Of a DNA stretch of 64,000 nt, positions 1 to 11,200 are shown in pieces. The position numbers were made by a program, and so were the translations under genes. Where the stretch lies: IMG/VR virus record IMGVR_UViG_3300043185_000099, positions 87,956 through 151,955 of that record; one strand, written 5' to 3'. The notes below the pieces were generated by a model, which was not told where the DNA came from, did not search any database, and saw only the letters and a program-made list of their open reading frames with translations. Each line of letters begins with the position of its first letter. The first letter of the stretch is position 1. This DNA comes from a virus.

Positions 1-1934
1 ACGCCATTGAGCAGGTCGGCGCTTCGCAGAAGCTCCAAGGTCGTGCCTCCCTCGAGCGTCGTATCGGTGAAGGCTGGATCGACGGTGGAGAAGAACTTGC
101 CGTCATCGAACAGGACCCGGAAGTTGAGGAGATCCTCACCGATCTCCACAGCAAGTTGGCGGGCCGGCAGGGGTGGGAGATTCTGCGTGAGGAACCTGTT
201 CGTCAGGTTGATGCAGTTGATAAAGAGTCGCCGTCTGAACTTGGCCACGGACGCATTGGCATCGCCGAAGAACTTCTTGACGTAACGCCGGCCGACAACC
301 TGAATCATCAGGAACTTGGCCACCTCCTCCAGACCCGTGGTCAAGCGCGCGTGGTCCTCGTACGCCCCCCAGTACGGCTCGAGGAGGCCGTTCGCGAGCA
401 CGTCGACTCCAAAGACAGGCGGGAAATTCACGGGCGCGTCCTTGCCGATCAGGACGGGAAGGTCACTCCTGCTCAAGGCCATGATGGCCAACGCCTCGGC
501 CACGGCGCGCAGATAGAGCTGTGTACTGGCGTCCGGGAAGATAATCTTGGTCACGAAGGAAGGGGGGCCAGCGTCGTTGAGATCGACGTTTGGCGCACGG
601 GTCATCGGAAGCACGGGCCCGTCTCGGTCCCTCAATGATGTCTGGTCCACGAGGAAGGAGTAGTCCGTCGGACTCTTGACCGACCTGTTGACTGCCCTGA
701 CGCGGACAAAGAACTCCTCTGGTTGCCGGTTGTCGTTTTTCCGCTGAAGGCGGTTGCCGAACACCAGGTCCCACTCCGCGGCGAAAGGCATGTCGTCGAA
801 CTGGAACGTCGCGCCGAATCCTCGACCGGGGAAGAAAATATTCTGTGCAAAGGGGACAAAGAACGTGCGCTGAAGATAGAACTTCCCGCCTTCCTGCATG
901 TCCGAGAGCTGGATGGGTGCTCTATCCGAGAGGTTTTTGATCCCGTAGACGCGGACGGCATCGGGCTTGCGGTCCCCGAAAAGCGTGACGGCGTCGTTCC
1001 AGTCGATCGCTCCGCGGAGATCAAGCTGCTGAACGCCTCCATGGAGGAGGATTGGATTGCCGTCGTCATCCTTGCAGTTGACGATCTCCACCTTGGCCGG
1101 CTGGTTCGTCAACTCCAGAGTCTCCAAAACCCCCTCGATTGGGCGTTCACACACAACCTGGATTGGCTGCTCGAGGGTGCTGAACTCGACCAAAAAGCCC
1201 GCGGGAGGGAGAATCGGTCGGTCGGGCCAAGGCGCTCCCGGTATCGGCGCCATCTCCCACGTCAAGTTCACAGCGTTGTACGGGGAGCTGAGATTCTGGT
1301 CGACGGTCCTGTTGAGATCGAACCCCTTGAAGAACCCCTTGTTGAACGAGAAGATCGTCGCTCCATCGTAGCCGTAAGTAGCCTGCACATTACTGACCTG
1401 GTTCATCATCCGGGGCAGCGGGTAGCGCCTGTTGAAGAGACGGAGGATGCTCCTGATCAGCTGGACGATGCGGTTGATTCCGCGGATGTCCGCTTGGACA
1501 AAAAGAAAGACGGCGATACACGACGACAGCTCGCTGATATCGGGCCGGTTAGCATCCCCGGTGTCGGTCAAGCGCGCGACCATTCTGCCCTCGTAGCCGA
1601 GGTAGCCACCGCGGAGTGACTGAAAGTCGGGCCCGACCAGCGAGTAGTAGTCGCCGTGGATGTAGATGCCGAGCTGACGCAGATCGTTAAGGATGGTCTC
1701 GATCAGGTCCCTGAGCGCCTCGATGACCGCTATGATCGGGTCGAGCAGACCCGTGGCGAAGACCTTGAGAACCTCCAGTAATCCGATCAGGATGTTGAGG
1801 ATCTGGATGAGAAACGAGAAGAATGCGTCGACAGCCTGCCGGACCGGCTCAAGGAAATCGGGAATCTCCAGCGAAACCGTCTGCCAGGTGCCGAGTACGC
1901 CCTGTTCCTGAGGGCCCTGTTCAGGATTGGCCAC
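1..1934 (-). CDS. Phage structural/baseplate-region protein, 3'-truncated by the window edge (>644 aa; begins MANPEQGPQEQGVLGTWQTVSLEIPDF)
   Basis: Missing from the ORF track because it runs off the window. A GTG at 1934-1932 directly follows the TAG of the upstream gene. I translated both ends and they are open in the same frame (...TLEGGTTLELLRSADLLNG at position 3). Confidence 0.75.
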   Translation of the reverse strand, partial: MANPEQGPQEQGVLGTWQTVSLEIPDFLEPVRQAVDAFFSFLIQILNILIGLLEVLKVFATGLLDPIIAVIEALRDLIETILNDLRQLGIYIHGDYYSLVGPDFQSLRGGYLGYEGRMVARLTDTGDANRPDISELSSCIAVFLFVQADIRGINRIVQLIRSILRLFNRRYPLPRMMNQVSNVQATYGYDGATIFSFNKGFFKGFDLNRTVDQNLSSPYNAVNLTWEMAPIPGAPWPDRPILPPAGFLVEFSTLEQPIQVVCERPIEGVLETLELTNQPAKVEIVNCKDDDGNPILLHGGVQQLDLRGAIDWNDAVTLFGDRKPDAVRVYGIKNLSDRAPIQLSDMQEGGKFYLQRTFFVPFAQNIFFPGRGFGATFQFDDMPFAAEWDLVFGNRLQRKNDNRQPEEFFVRVRAVNRSVKSPTDYSFLVDQTSLRDRDGPVLPMTRAPNVDLNDAGPPSFVTKIIFPDASTQLYLRAVAEALAIMALSRSDLPVLIGKDAPVNFPPVFGVDVLANGLLEPYWGAYEDHARLTTGLEEVAKFLMIQVVGRRYVKKFFGDANASVAKFRRRLFINCINLTNRFLTQNLPPLPARQLAVEIGEDLLNFRVLFDDGKFFSTVDPAFTDTTLEGGTTLELLRSADLLNG

Positions 1935-2213
1935 CTAGCGCCCTCCTCCGTGCTTCAACCGCCGCAGTTGGTAGCTGAGGTCATCAATCTGCTTCACGTC
2001 ACGGTCAGCCTGTTGTTGCAGGAGATCGCGTAGCTGGCCGAGCAGCTCGGCGTACCGCTTGAACGTGGTGAGCTGCGCCTTGTCTCCCTCATTCACATGA
2101 CCCTCGTTGCTGACCCACTCACCCACGGGGATTCCGTCGGCGCGGAGACGCTCCTTCACTTCCTCCACCGTCATCTTGGAGACGTCGAAGTCGAATGGGC
2201 TCTTATACTTCAT
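1935..2213 (-). CDS. Small hypothetical phage protein (92 aa, C-terminal coiled coil)
   Basis: ATGA overlap with the 3640-aa gene; tightly packed operon. Confidence 0.75.
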   Translation of the reverse strand: MKYKSPFDFDVSKMTVEEVKERLRADGIPVGEWVSNEGHVNEGDKAQLTTFKRYAELLGQLRDLLQQQADRDVKQIDDLSYQLRRLKHGGGR

Positions 2214-5200
2214 GACCCAGCATCCTTCACGGACTGGGCGAGACGAAGCTGACGCAGCTCGTCGCGTCGCTTCTTCGGAAGCTCATCCTCGAACCGGGTG
2301 ATCCTCACCAGTGTCCCGTCCTCCCGATTGGTCCTGAAATCGAGCCAGGCGAGCCGGAGTTCCCGGAACTGATCGTTATTGTTGAGCACGTCGTCGATCC
2401 TGTCGGGCAGGACGGGCCGGCCGTCTCCCTCCTCGGCCGCGGGGTTGTCAGCGTTGCTCTCCAGAGTCGAGTAGCTCGGCGTCCCTGGCGGCGATCCTGG
2501 CGGGAACTCGTGGTCCAAGCGGTCGTCGTTGACCCAGAACCGACGGTCTAGGACGGACAGCGCGTCGGACGTGTTGGCGAACGGACTGATTCCGATAAGC
2601 CCGCGGACGCCGTCAATCAGCTCATTGCTCATGACTCCCTTCCCTTCGTCGGGGATCAGAGGGTTACCGAGATCGGCCACGTGCTGATCTCGCTGGAAGA
2701 CAAAGTAGTTCCCGTACTTGTCCTCCCGGAAGAACACGTCGAACTCCTCCAAGAAACTCAACGTCCGCTCACGCATCAAGAGAACGAGGTCGACGGCCTC
2801 CGAGCTGAACAGCGACGAGGGCCTGATCACGCGGTACGAGAACGGCGCGATCGAGAACAGGTTGCCCAGGAAACTGTTGGAGGGCGATCCGTTCTCGCCC
2901 GCGAAGGCGGTCGGGCGGAGGTCCATTTGGCCCTCCAAGCCAGGCCCTCCGGGCGGGTCAGCGAACGGTGCGGTCGAGGCGCTAACCGTCGGCAATACCG
3001 TGTACTCCGCCGTGGTGCCGAAGGTGACGAAGCCTCCTCCGGGATCGGCCGAGTAGTCGGTCTCCGAGCTGACCGTGAGCGCATCCTTGGCAACGGTCGT
3101 GACTCTGTACCAGCCGCGGTTGTCATCGAGCTGTGAGGGCCCACCAGCGATGAACGGCACTTCCTGGCCCGCTGTAGCGAGGGTGCGGTTGGGCACGCTG
3201 CGATCGCCGAACGCTCTCGTGCCTCTCTCCAGCCCTGTCGTGGGAACGGCACCGAGCGGCCCGGAGAGAACGCCGGCCGGATCGATGACGACGATGTCTC
3301 CCTCCTGGATGCCGAGGGCGTCGTAGTTGATCGTCTTGTCCGTGTCCTGCACGCGTCTCGGATCCGTGGGAGCCATCTCGACCTCCACGATCCCCCCCAC
3401 CTGTGTGGACAAGTTCGCGCGACGTTCCAGCAGAACCTGATCGGTGATCATCGTGAGGAGCTGTTCGTTGCTCTGCTCGTGGGGCACGGGAGCCTGCCGC
3501 AGGTAGATCTCGAACGGCTTACCGGGCACGTCGGCGGCCGACACGGCCAGGATCCCCGGAGGCTTGAGCCAGATGTCATCCGGGCCCTCGATACCGCCGA
3601 TCTCGATCTCGTCCAGCACGGTGATGCCGTCGTCATCGAGGAGGCGGAAGACGTCCCCGGGGTTGACGTTGACGAGATCATCGTCGAACCCCCCGAGCTG
3701 CGTGCCACCAGTCGAGGTCACGACGAACGGGTAGGGCGTGGCGCTGGGACCAATGACCTTAGTACCGAAAGCCGTGATCGTGCCGCGTCGGATCTGATAG
3801 ACGTAGCGCAGTGGCCCGAGAAGTTCGCCCACGTTGGACAACACGTTGTGAAACCGTCGGATGCGGCGGATCTCCCAGGTGACGGGCTCGTCGGCTGCCT
3901 CGCCGAAGGCAGTTGGATCTCGGAACCCGATGGCCGCCAACGGGACCGAGTTCCCGGCATCGACGACGCGCTCGTCGGCGCCGGAGAGATTGAGGGTGGG
4001 ACGAGGCCATGACGGCTCGAGGAACACGCCCGCCTGGGCACGAAATCCAGGCACAAGCGCCGGACCAAGGGTGACGAATTGGTCCCCGGGCATGATAGCA
4101 ATCAGACCGGGGGTCGTGTGTACCGCATCCCACGTCGTGTTGCCCAGGGACTGATCGATCTGGATGTACTGTGTGACGTTGTCGTAAACGTAGGCGTTCT
4201 CGTTGTTGACGAATGACGTGTTGGCGATGGGCGTGGCAACAACAATCCCCATCTCGTCAACCCCTGGAGGCCCCGCGACAAGGTTCGGGAGGGCGATCTC
4301 GTACTGGAACGGTCCACCGGGTCCGATGACCGTGATGCCCGAGAATCCACCGATGGGAACGTCGACGCCAACCGGCACGAGCGAGCCCACAGCATTGCGC
4401 GGCAAGATGTCTTCGGGCGCCAAGTCCATGGTGACGTCGAACCGAAAGAACCCCGAGACAAGCGTGCCTTCGGGAAGAGCATCGATGGCGGCTCGAGCGG
4501 CTGCTCCCGCGATCGAACCGTCAAAGCTGATCTCCGTGCCGAAGACCGTGGTGAACGTGCCAGAAGCCGTGTCGACCGCACTGTAGTTGACTTTGAAGTT
4601 CGCCGTCCCGTAGTCCAAGGCGGCGGAGTTGGGTTGTGCGATAAGGTAGATAGTGCCCGTCGCGTCCCAAGCCGAAGTCGTCGCGTCATTGAGAAGCGCA
4701 TTGGAGATGATGACGGCCTGTGCACCGTCAGTGTCCGCGCTAACGAGGGTCGGGAACAGGATCGATGCCCACCCTGCGGTATTCGCCGGAAGCGTGTTGG
4801 TGGTCAGGGTGAGCTGGCGCTCGCGTGTGGTGACCTCGTTGGGCTCGATGACATGCTTCACGAGGTACGTCCCCGCACTGGTTGCAGCTCGAGGGGTCGC
4901 GTCCGCACTGCCCAGGATCATGCAAACGTCTCCAGCCTCAACGCTGGAAAACGCGCCTACCGCCACGGCCAACGGAGTCACGCCGTCGCTGGAGATACGG
5001 AAGTTCCTGTCCATCGCAACGCCCGTAACGCCTGTCCCCGAGGCGATCTGGGTCGCCGATCCCTCCGGAAATGCCGAGGATGGGACGGCCGAGAACGTGA
5101 TGTCCGACGTCGTGAGGATGGGCGTGTTGGCGTGTCCCTCAAATCCCATCACCCTCAGCGTCCCGCGTCCCGTGCCTGCTGGCAGCGGATCGAAGGTCCC

Positions 5201-8200
5201 GATGCGGGGAGCCGAGGCCCTGTCCAGGAAGGTGAATGCCAAGCCCCCGTTCACCTCCGCTGCCGCGTTGACTGTGCACGCATCCGTCGTGCTGCTGGCC
5301 ACGAACGACACCTCCAACTCGCTTGCCACGGGCACCCCGGCCACGAGCGGCTCCGTCCGAGGGAGGACCGTGCGGAGGTCGAGTCCCTCGTCGAGCGTCA
5401 GCCTGTCGGTAGCGATAAACCCCGTCGTGCTAGCACCTCCGGCGCCGACGGCCGACGTGAGATCGAGATCGATGGTGAACCACAGCGGGATCGTGTCGCC
5501 CGGGTTGATTGGGTCCTCCGGCAACGTCGGCGGCACCAAGCCCGGGTTGGGCGCAATGGTCACAAACGGCGCGGGCGTATCCACGTAGATCTTCTCGTCG
5601 TCGGCCGAGATTGCCGTGATGGCCTGTGCTCCAGCGTCTCCCGTTACCGTAGGTGCGCCGTTGTTGAACGCGATGACGACCGACTGGAAGAACACGGGCG
5701 CCGGGTTGACGAGGTCGGGGGCCGACCAGATGTTGATCGTGACGACATTGTCCTGCACACCGCCAAAGAACGGGGGGCTGAAGATATCGTTGAGGCCACC
5801 AGTCAGCGCCGCGGGCGTCCCGTCGTTGAAGACCAGGATCGCATTGGAAATCTGCGTGATGTCGAACTCGGTGACGGTGCCGACGCGCCGTACGATCATG
5901 CCCGGCGGGAGTGCCAGAACGCTTTGGTTTACGAATGACATCGCCGTCTTGAGTCGATACCGGATTCGTTCCGCGGCGGCTGTGGGCAGCGCAGAGGGGG
6001 TCACGAAGCGCGGGGGCTCGATGACACTGCCCCCCGATCCTCCGTCGACGAACCCGACGGACAAGATGCCCTGGGAACCAGGCGGCAGACCTGCCGCGGC
6101 CTGCCCGGTTTCCACGAGCAGAATATCGAACGGAGCCACGTCCCCAATACCGCTGTTCGGGGCATAGACACCGGCAGTGGCCACCGGCGTCGCATCCAGG
6201 TCGGTGAGGATGGCGGCGGGAGGGCCGGCTCCGAGAGCCCCGAGAATCTGCCCATCGATGCCCTGAATTTCATCCGGGTAGACCGCGTTCGGGACCAGCG
6301 AGTCTGCGAATATGGCCTGGAACGACTCCTGAACGATCCCCAGGACCTCAATCTCCGTGTTCGGCGTGTAGAGGTACGGCAACGTGTAGTCGCCACTATC
6401 GTTGGTGAATCCGCCAGTCAGCGCTGGAATCGGGACGGGCTCCGTGCGACCGCTGCGGAAGCTGACATTCGCCTCGATCGTGCTCAGGGGCAGCGGCGGC
6501 CTCTGGTGCAGGACCTCCTTGAGACCGAAGATGCTCGGATCGCGGTAGCTCGGGAACGTGATGTCTCTGTATTCCCCGTCCGGCCGATCAACGCGGAGGT
6601 CGAAGTTCAGGCGGAACTCAGGCAGTCCTTGAATCTGCGCAGCCGTCTGCTCCTGCGTGGGCGGATCATCCACGTTGCCGCTCGTTACGTCGGCGTCAGG
6701 CGGCGTGACGAAAATAGTGTCACCTCGTGACAGCTCAATGGGCGGATTCGTCGCGGCCGGATCCTCGGAAACCTCAAGGAGTCCGTTCGGTGGGATCGTC
6801 GCGCCATCCTGGTCGACGAACGTGATGATACAGCCGAGGATGATCTCCCCCACGAAAATCGACTTCGTGACGGTGAAGTTTTCGTCGAGAAACTCGAAGG
6901 AGAGCGACTGTCCCGCGGCCGCGTCAATAATCCTGCCGTCCGGTCTCCCGAACGCCACCTTCGGGAGTGTCAGCGGTTCGTCCGTCCAGACGAAGAACGC
7001 CGGGGTGAACAGGTCGGGATCACCTGTACTAAGGTCAATGATCTCTCCGCCCTGTGCTGCGAGCTGTGCAACATCAGGTACACCACCTTCTCCGATCGGG
7101 AAATCGCCCAGGGGAAGCGGCGTGGCGATGACGGCTGGTCGTGGTGACGCCGCGAAACCGGGGAACCCGACGATGAACTGGTCGAGTTCGGGGAAACCCA
7201 CGTTGCTGTAGGCGTAGATACGAGCACGCGGCAATCGAGGACGAACACTGATCGATCCAATGTTCTCGATCTGCCCAAGTACCGGGTTGCCGATCTCGCC
7301 GATGGACTTGAGGAACGTGCTGGCCCGCTTGGGAAACTCGACCTTGAAGTTGCCCCCGTCTCCCTTGATGGACAGCCGCTTGATCCGCTTGCGGAAAGCA
7401 TACACCCCAGGATTGATCGGGACGGACTCCAGGTCCGCTCCGATACCAGGGTCGGTGAGAGTGAATGCCTCGGCGCGTTCGGGGAAGATCCTGGAGAACG
7501 CACTGGGCGTCGCCATCCGGCGGTACCTGCCGAACGCCTCGAGCTTCAGTGGAAAGAGCTGCAGCCGCTTGCGTGTCCGAGAGACGAGAACGACATCGTC
7601 GACGTCGTTCATCACCAGCGCCCTCTGTTCCCCCTGGAGGTCCCCGAGGAAGTCCGGGTCGATGTACGGCCCCTCGATGTCGTCTCCCGTCACCGTGAGA
7701 GCGGTCGGGTCCACAAGCGGGTCGCGCTCCAGGAACACGGTGGCCGGGTTGTAGGCGAAGAACAGCTCGCTGAAGATGTTGCGTCGGTTCAGCTCGCCTG
7801 TGATCTCGTCCTCATATCCGGGGGGCGGGATGTCTTTTCCACGACCGACAAAGAAACGGAACTTCCCATCACGGTCGCCGATCACGTTCCCGCTGATCGT
7901 TTCCTGGGCCTGCTCAAAGGGGATGATCGTCTCGTTGTAGAACTCCAGAAAGACTCGGGCCGCACGATCCGTGTCCTCCAGGTCCCGGAGCTGCGACTTG
8001 AGCCCCAAGCGACCTTGGGTGGCATTCTCCAGGGGGGGAACGACAGTAGGGGCGGCTCCAAAGCTCGGGAGCTGCGCGGCGATGTCCCTGGCGACCTGGT
8101 CCGAGACCTCACCGAGGTAGGAGAGGAGCGGGAGCGTTCTGTAGAACCACGTGTCGGGACTTGAGAATGTGTACGTGGCACGCAAGATCTTCCCGAGTCT

Positions 8201-11200
8201 GCCGTTCTCCTCGGACGGAGCCTCGATGTGGACGAACCGAGCGTCGAATCTCGGACCGAGCACGAACTCGTTAACGATGACGGGCGCGATAGCTCTCTGA
8301 CGCGTGTGCCGGAGGTACAAGCTCTGCGTGGGCAGCAGCGGCCCTTGCGGCGGAGAAAGGAATTCGATGTTCCCGTCGTCGAGATTGATCGTGTAGTCGA
8401 TGGACGGACGGAGGGTGCGACCTGGGAGTTCAACTCCTCCTGCTGTCTCACCGAAAAGGATCAGCTCAAACGGCCTCTCGACCGCTATGCCACCTCGGCC
8501 CAGGAACTGCGTCGGGTTGGGCGGATAGACAGGGCGCACGCTGATTTTCGCAATGTCCTGGCCAGAAGCGAACCCGCGTGGGAAAAAGCTGGTGATCTCG
8601 ATTCTGGTTCGCGTTCCGTCGTCCGACAGCTCGGAGCCGGCGATCACGAACGGCAAGCCCCCGAGTTCCAGAAGATGTCCTGGCACCGCGATTGCTACGA
8701 GATTCGCCTGGAACAGAATGTCCTGGAACCCGCGGTTGACCGGCTCGTACGGCGAGAAGATCTGCATCCAGAACCCATCGGGTGCGTCCGGGACGATCTC
8801 CGTGGCGAGGGGGATGTCCGTGATGAGCGAAAGAGAGTCGGAGCCCGGGTCCCGAGACCCGGCTTCGAGCTGCGTCTCGGGGATGAAGTCCACCCTGGTC
8901 TGCGCCGTCGACGTGTCGTACGTCGACGACACGATGTAGAACGGGAACTGTGCAACGCGGAGCAGCTTGCCAGGGGTCACGTCGCCAGTCCGATCGCCAT
9001 CCAGCGTGAATGAGGAGCGGTTCGCCTCGATCCTGAAGGGAGGGCGATACACCGGCGGTTGGCTGACCGTGTACGTCTGCTCGCCACCAAACGCCTCCAG
9101 CACAGCGTAGGTAACTCGCACGACGCTGCTGTCAGGAACGGGGACCTCCAGGAGGGCGAGACTGTTCTCGAAGTCGAAGGTTGCGACGGGACTGCTGCCC
9201 ACGTTGTAGATCGTGGACTCGACGTAGAACACCGGCTCAATGTCATCGCGGAGCGTGCGGCCTGTTGGATTGAACCTCCACCGCCCAACGTCACCAGTAC
9301 CCTCGGGAGTTGCGGGATCGAGCTGGACGAACAGAGGGAGTTGCTCGGTCACTTCGACCGGTTGCGTTCCCTTGGCCGGGTCATCTGGGTCGATGGGCTC
9401 CAGGAACAAACTGCCGGTGCCGCTCTCCGCGCGAAAGTAGTTCGCCTCGACGATCTGAAACTCACGCAGCGGCGTCGTGAACAGGAACGACCCTTGGATC
9501 GGGTTCACCGTGTAGTCGGTTCCACCCGTGGCCACCATCCGCTCGACAAGGAACACCTCATCTCCGCCGTGTGCCGCCATGTCGGGCGCCGAGAAGTTGA
9601 GCGCGCCGTCGGAGAGCCTGTACTCGACCACGCCGCTCGGCAGCTCGTTCGGGCTCGAGTTCGGAGTCAGGAAGTCCTCAACGTAGATCACGTCCTGAGC
9701 GTCGAACTGCACGAACACTTGGTCCCCGAAGTTCAGGAGCCCGTCGCCAATCTGGACCTCGATAATGTCCCCGATCAAGGGGAACGTGACTGGCCCGGGA
9801 ACCTTGACGAGATTCCCGTCTGTGAACGTGTACGTCTTGGACCCGACACGGATCGAGAAGTTGTCGTTGGCGAAGCGCTCGGACGTCGGTGCAGGGACGA
9901 ACAAAGCCGAGTTAAGGATCTGGCCAAGGTTCTCCTGCTGAAGCTGCACCATCGAAGCAGCGTCACTCCCAGCATCTCTCCCGAAGCGAACGTTGATCTG
10001 GCGCCCATGTGCGATGGCATCGCCGAGAACGGCGACGAGTCTCGTTACAAGCTGTGCCGCCTGGTCGACCGGGACGTTACCGAGCGGAGAGAGCACGCGA
10101 ATCTTGAAGGGATCCTCAGGTAGATGGTTGAACTGGATGTACTGGGTGTCGGCAATCACTCCGGAATCGAACTGTTCTGCAGTGACGCCGTCGTACAACT
10201 CCCACGGCACAGGTCCCCCGCTCACGGGAAACGGCTGGCGCACGACAATCTGGTTGGGGAGCGTCGCATCCTGCGCCACGACGTAGGTCCCCTGCGCGTC
10301 CCCCTGTGTGATCTTGATTTGGTATCCAGCCTTGACGCCGAGAGCCACGAAGTCGACATCGGATGACGTGTCACTGAAGACCGTGCCCCCCTGGAAAAAC
10401 GTCCCGCGCCCTCCGAGCTGGACGAGCCCCCCCACGGTATCGAGGAGCAGAGCGAGCCCAGGAGCACCATCGTCGGGAAGGAGAAAGTCCTCGTCGAGTG
10501 TCTGCGGCTCCAGTGGCTGTCCAGCCACGGAGATACTCAGTCCCTTGCTTGGCAGGCGGAACGAAGGAGGAATGACGAGCGTCTGGCCGAGGAACAGGTT
10601 GTTCGTCGGCTGCAAGAGGGTCTGGCTCTCCGTGTGCTCGTCTGCCCACGAGAACTTTTCCTCTCCAAACTGGTAGTAGACCTCTTCGTAGTTCTGCAGC
10701 AGCAGCGACACGAGACCGTCCTGCAGTCGGAAGAAGATCCCCTCGTCGTAGCCGGCCACGTCCTCGAGCGGAGGTCTGTCGAGCAACACGACAGGAGACT
10801 GTGAGATCGCTGGAGTGAGGATGGCATCCTCAAACCTGTCGATGTGCCCCACGTCCGCGATGTCATCCTTGCTGCTGTCCAAGTTGAACGGGCTGCGGAA
10901 CACCCCAACCATCGTTCCGTTGTCCGACAGCCACACAATGTCGGGCGGCGGGTCGACTGCTTGAGTGGACGCGATCCTGATCCGCCAACCAGGGAGGAAA
11001 CCCAGCGCGGCCGGCCCCGAGAGGTCCGTCGTTCCCGAAGGACCGAACCCGATCTCGATGTCCCCGTAGAACACCTGGTCAGCAACGGAGGCAGTCTGGA
11101 GCGCGACCCGACCGTTCACCGCGACAGCGGTGCCCCCAGCCAGGACGGCAGCCAAGCTCTGCGCGATCTGTTCAGCCGTAAATGTCCCACCAACCGATGT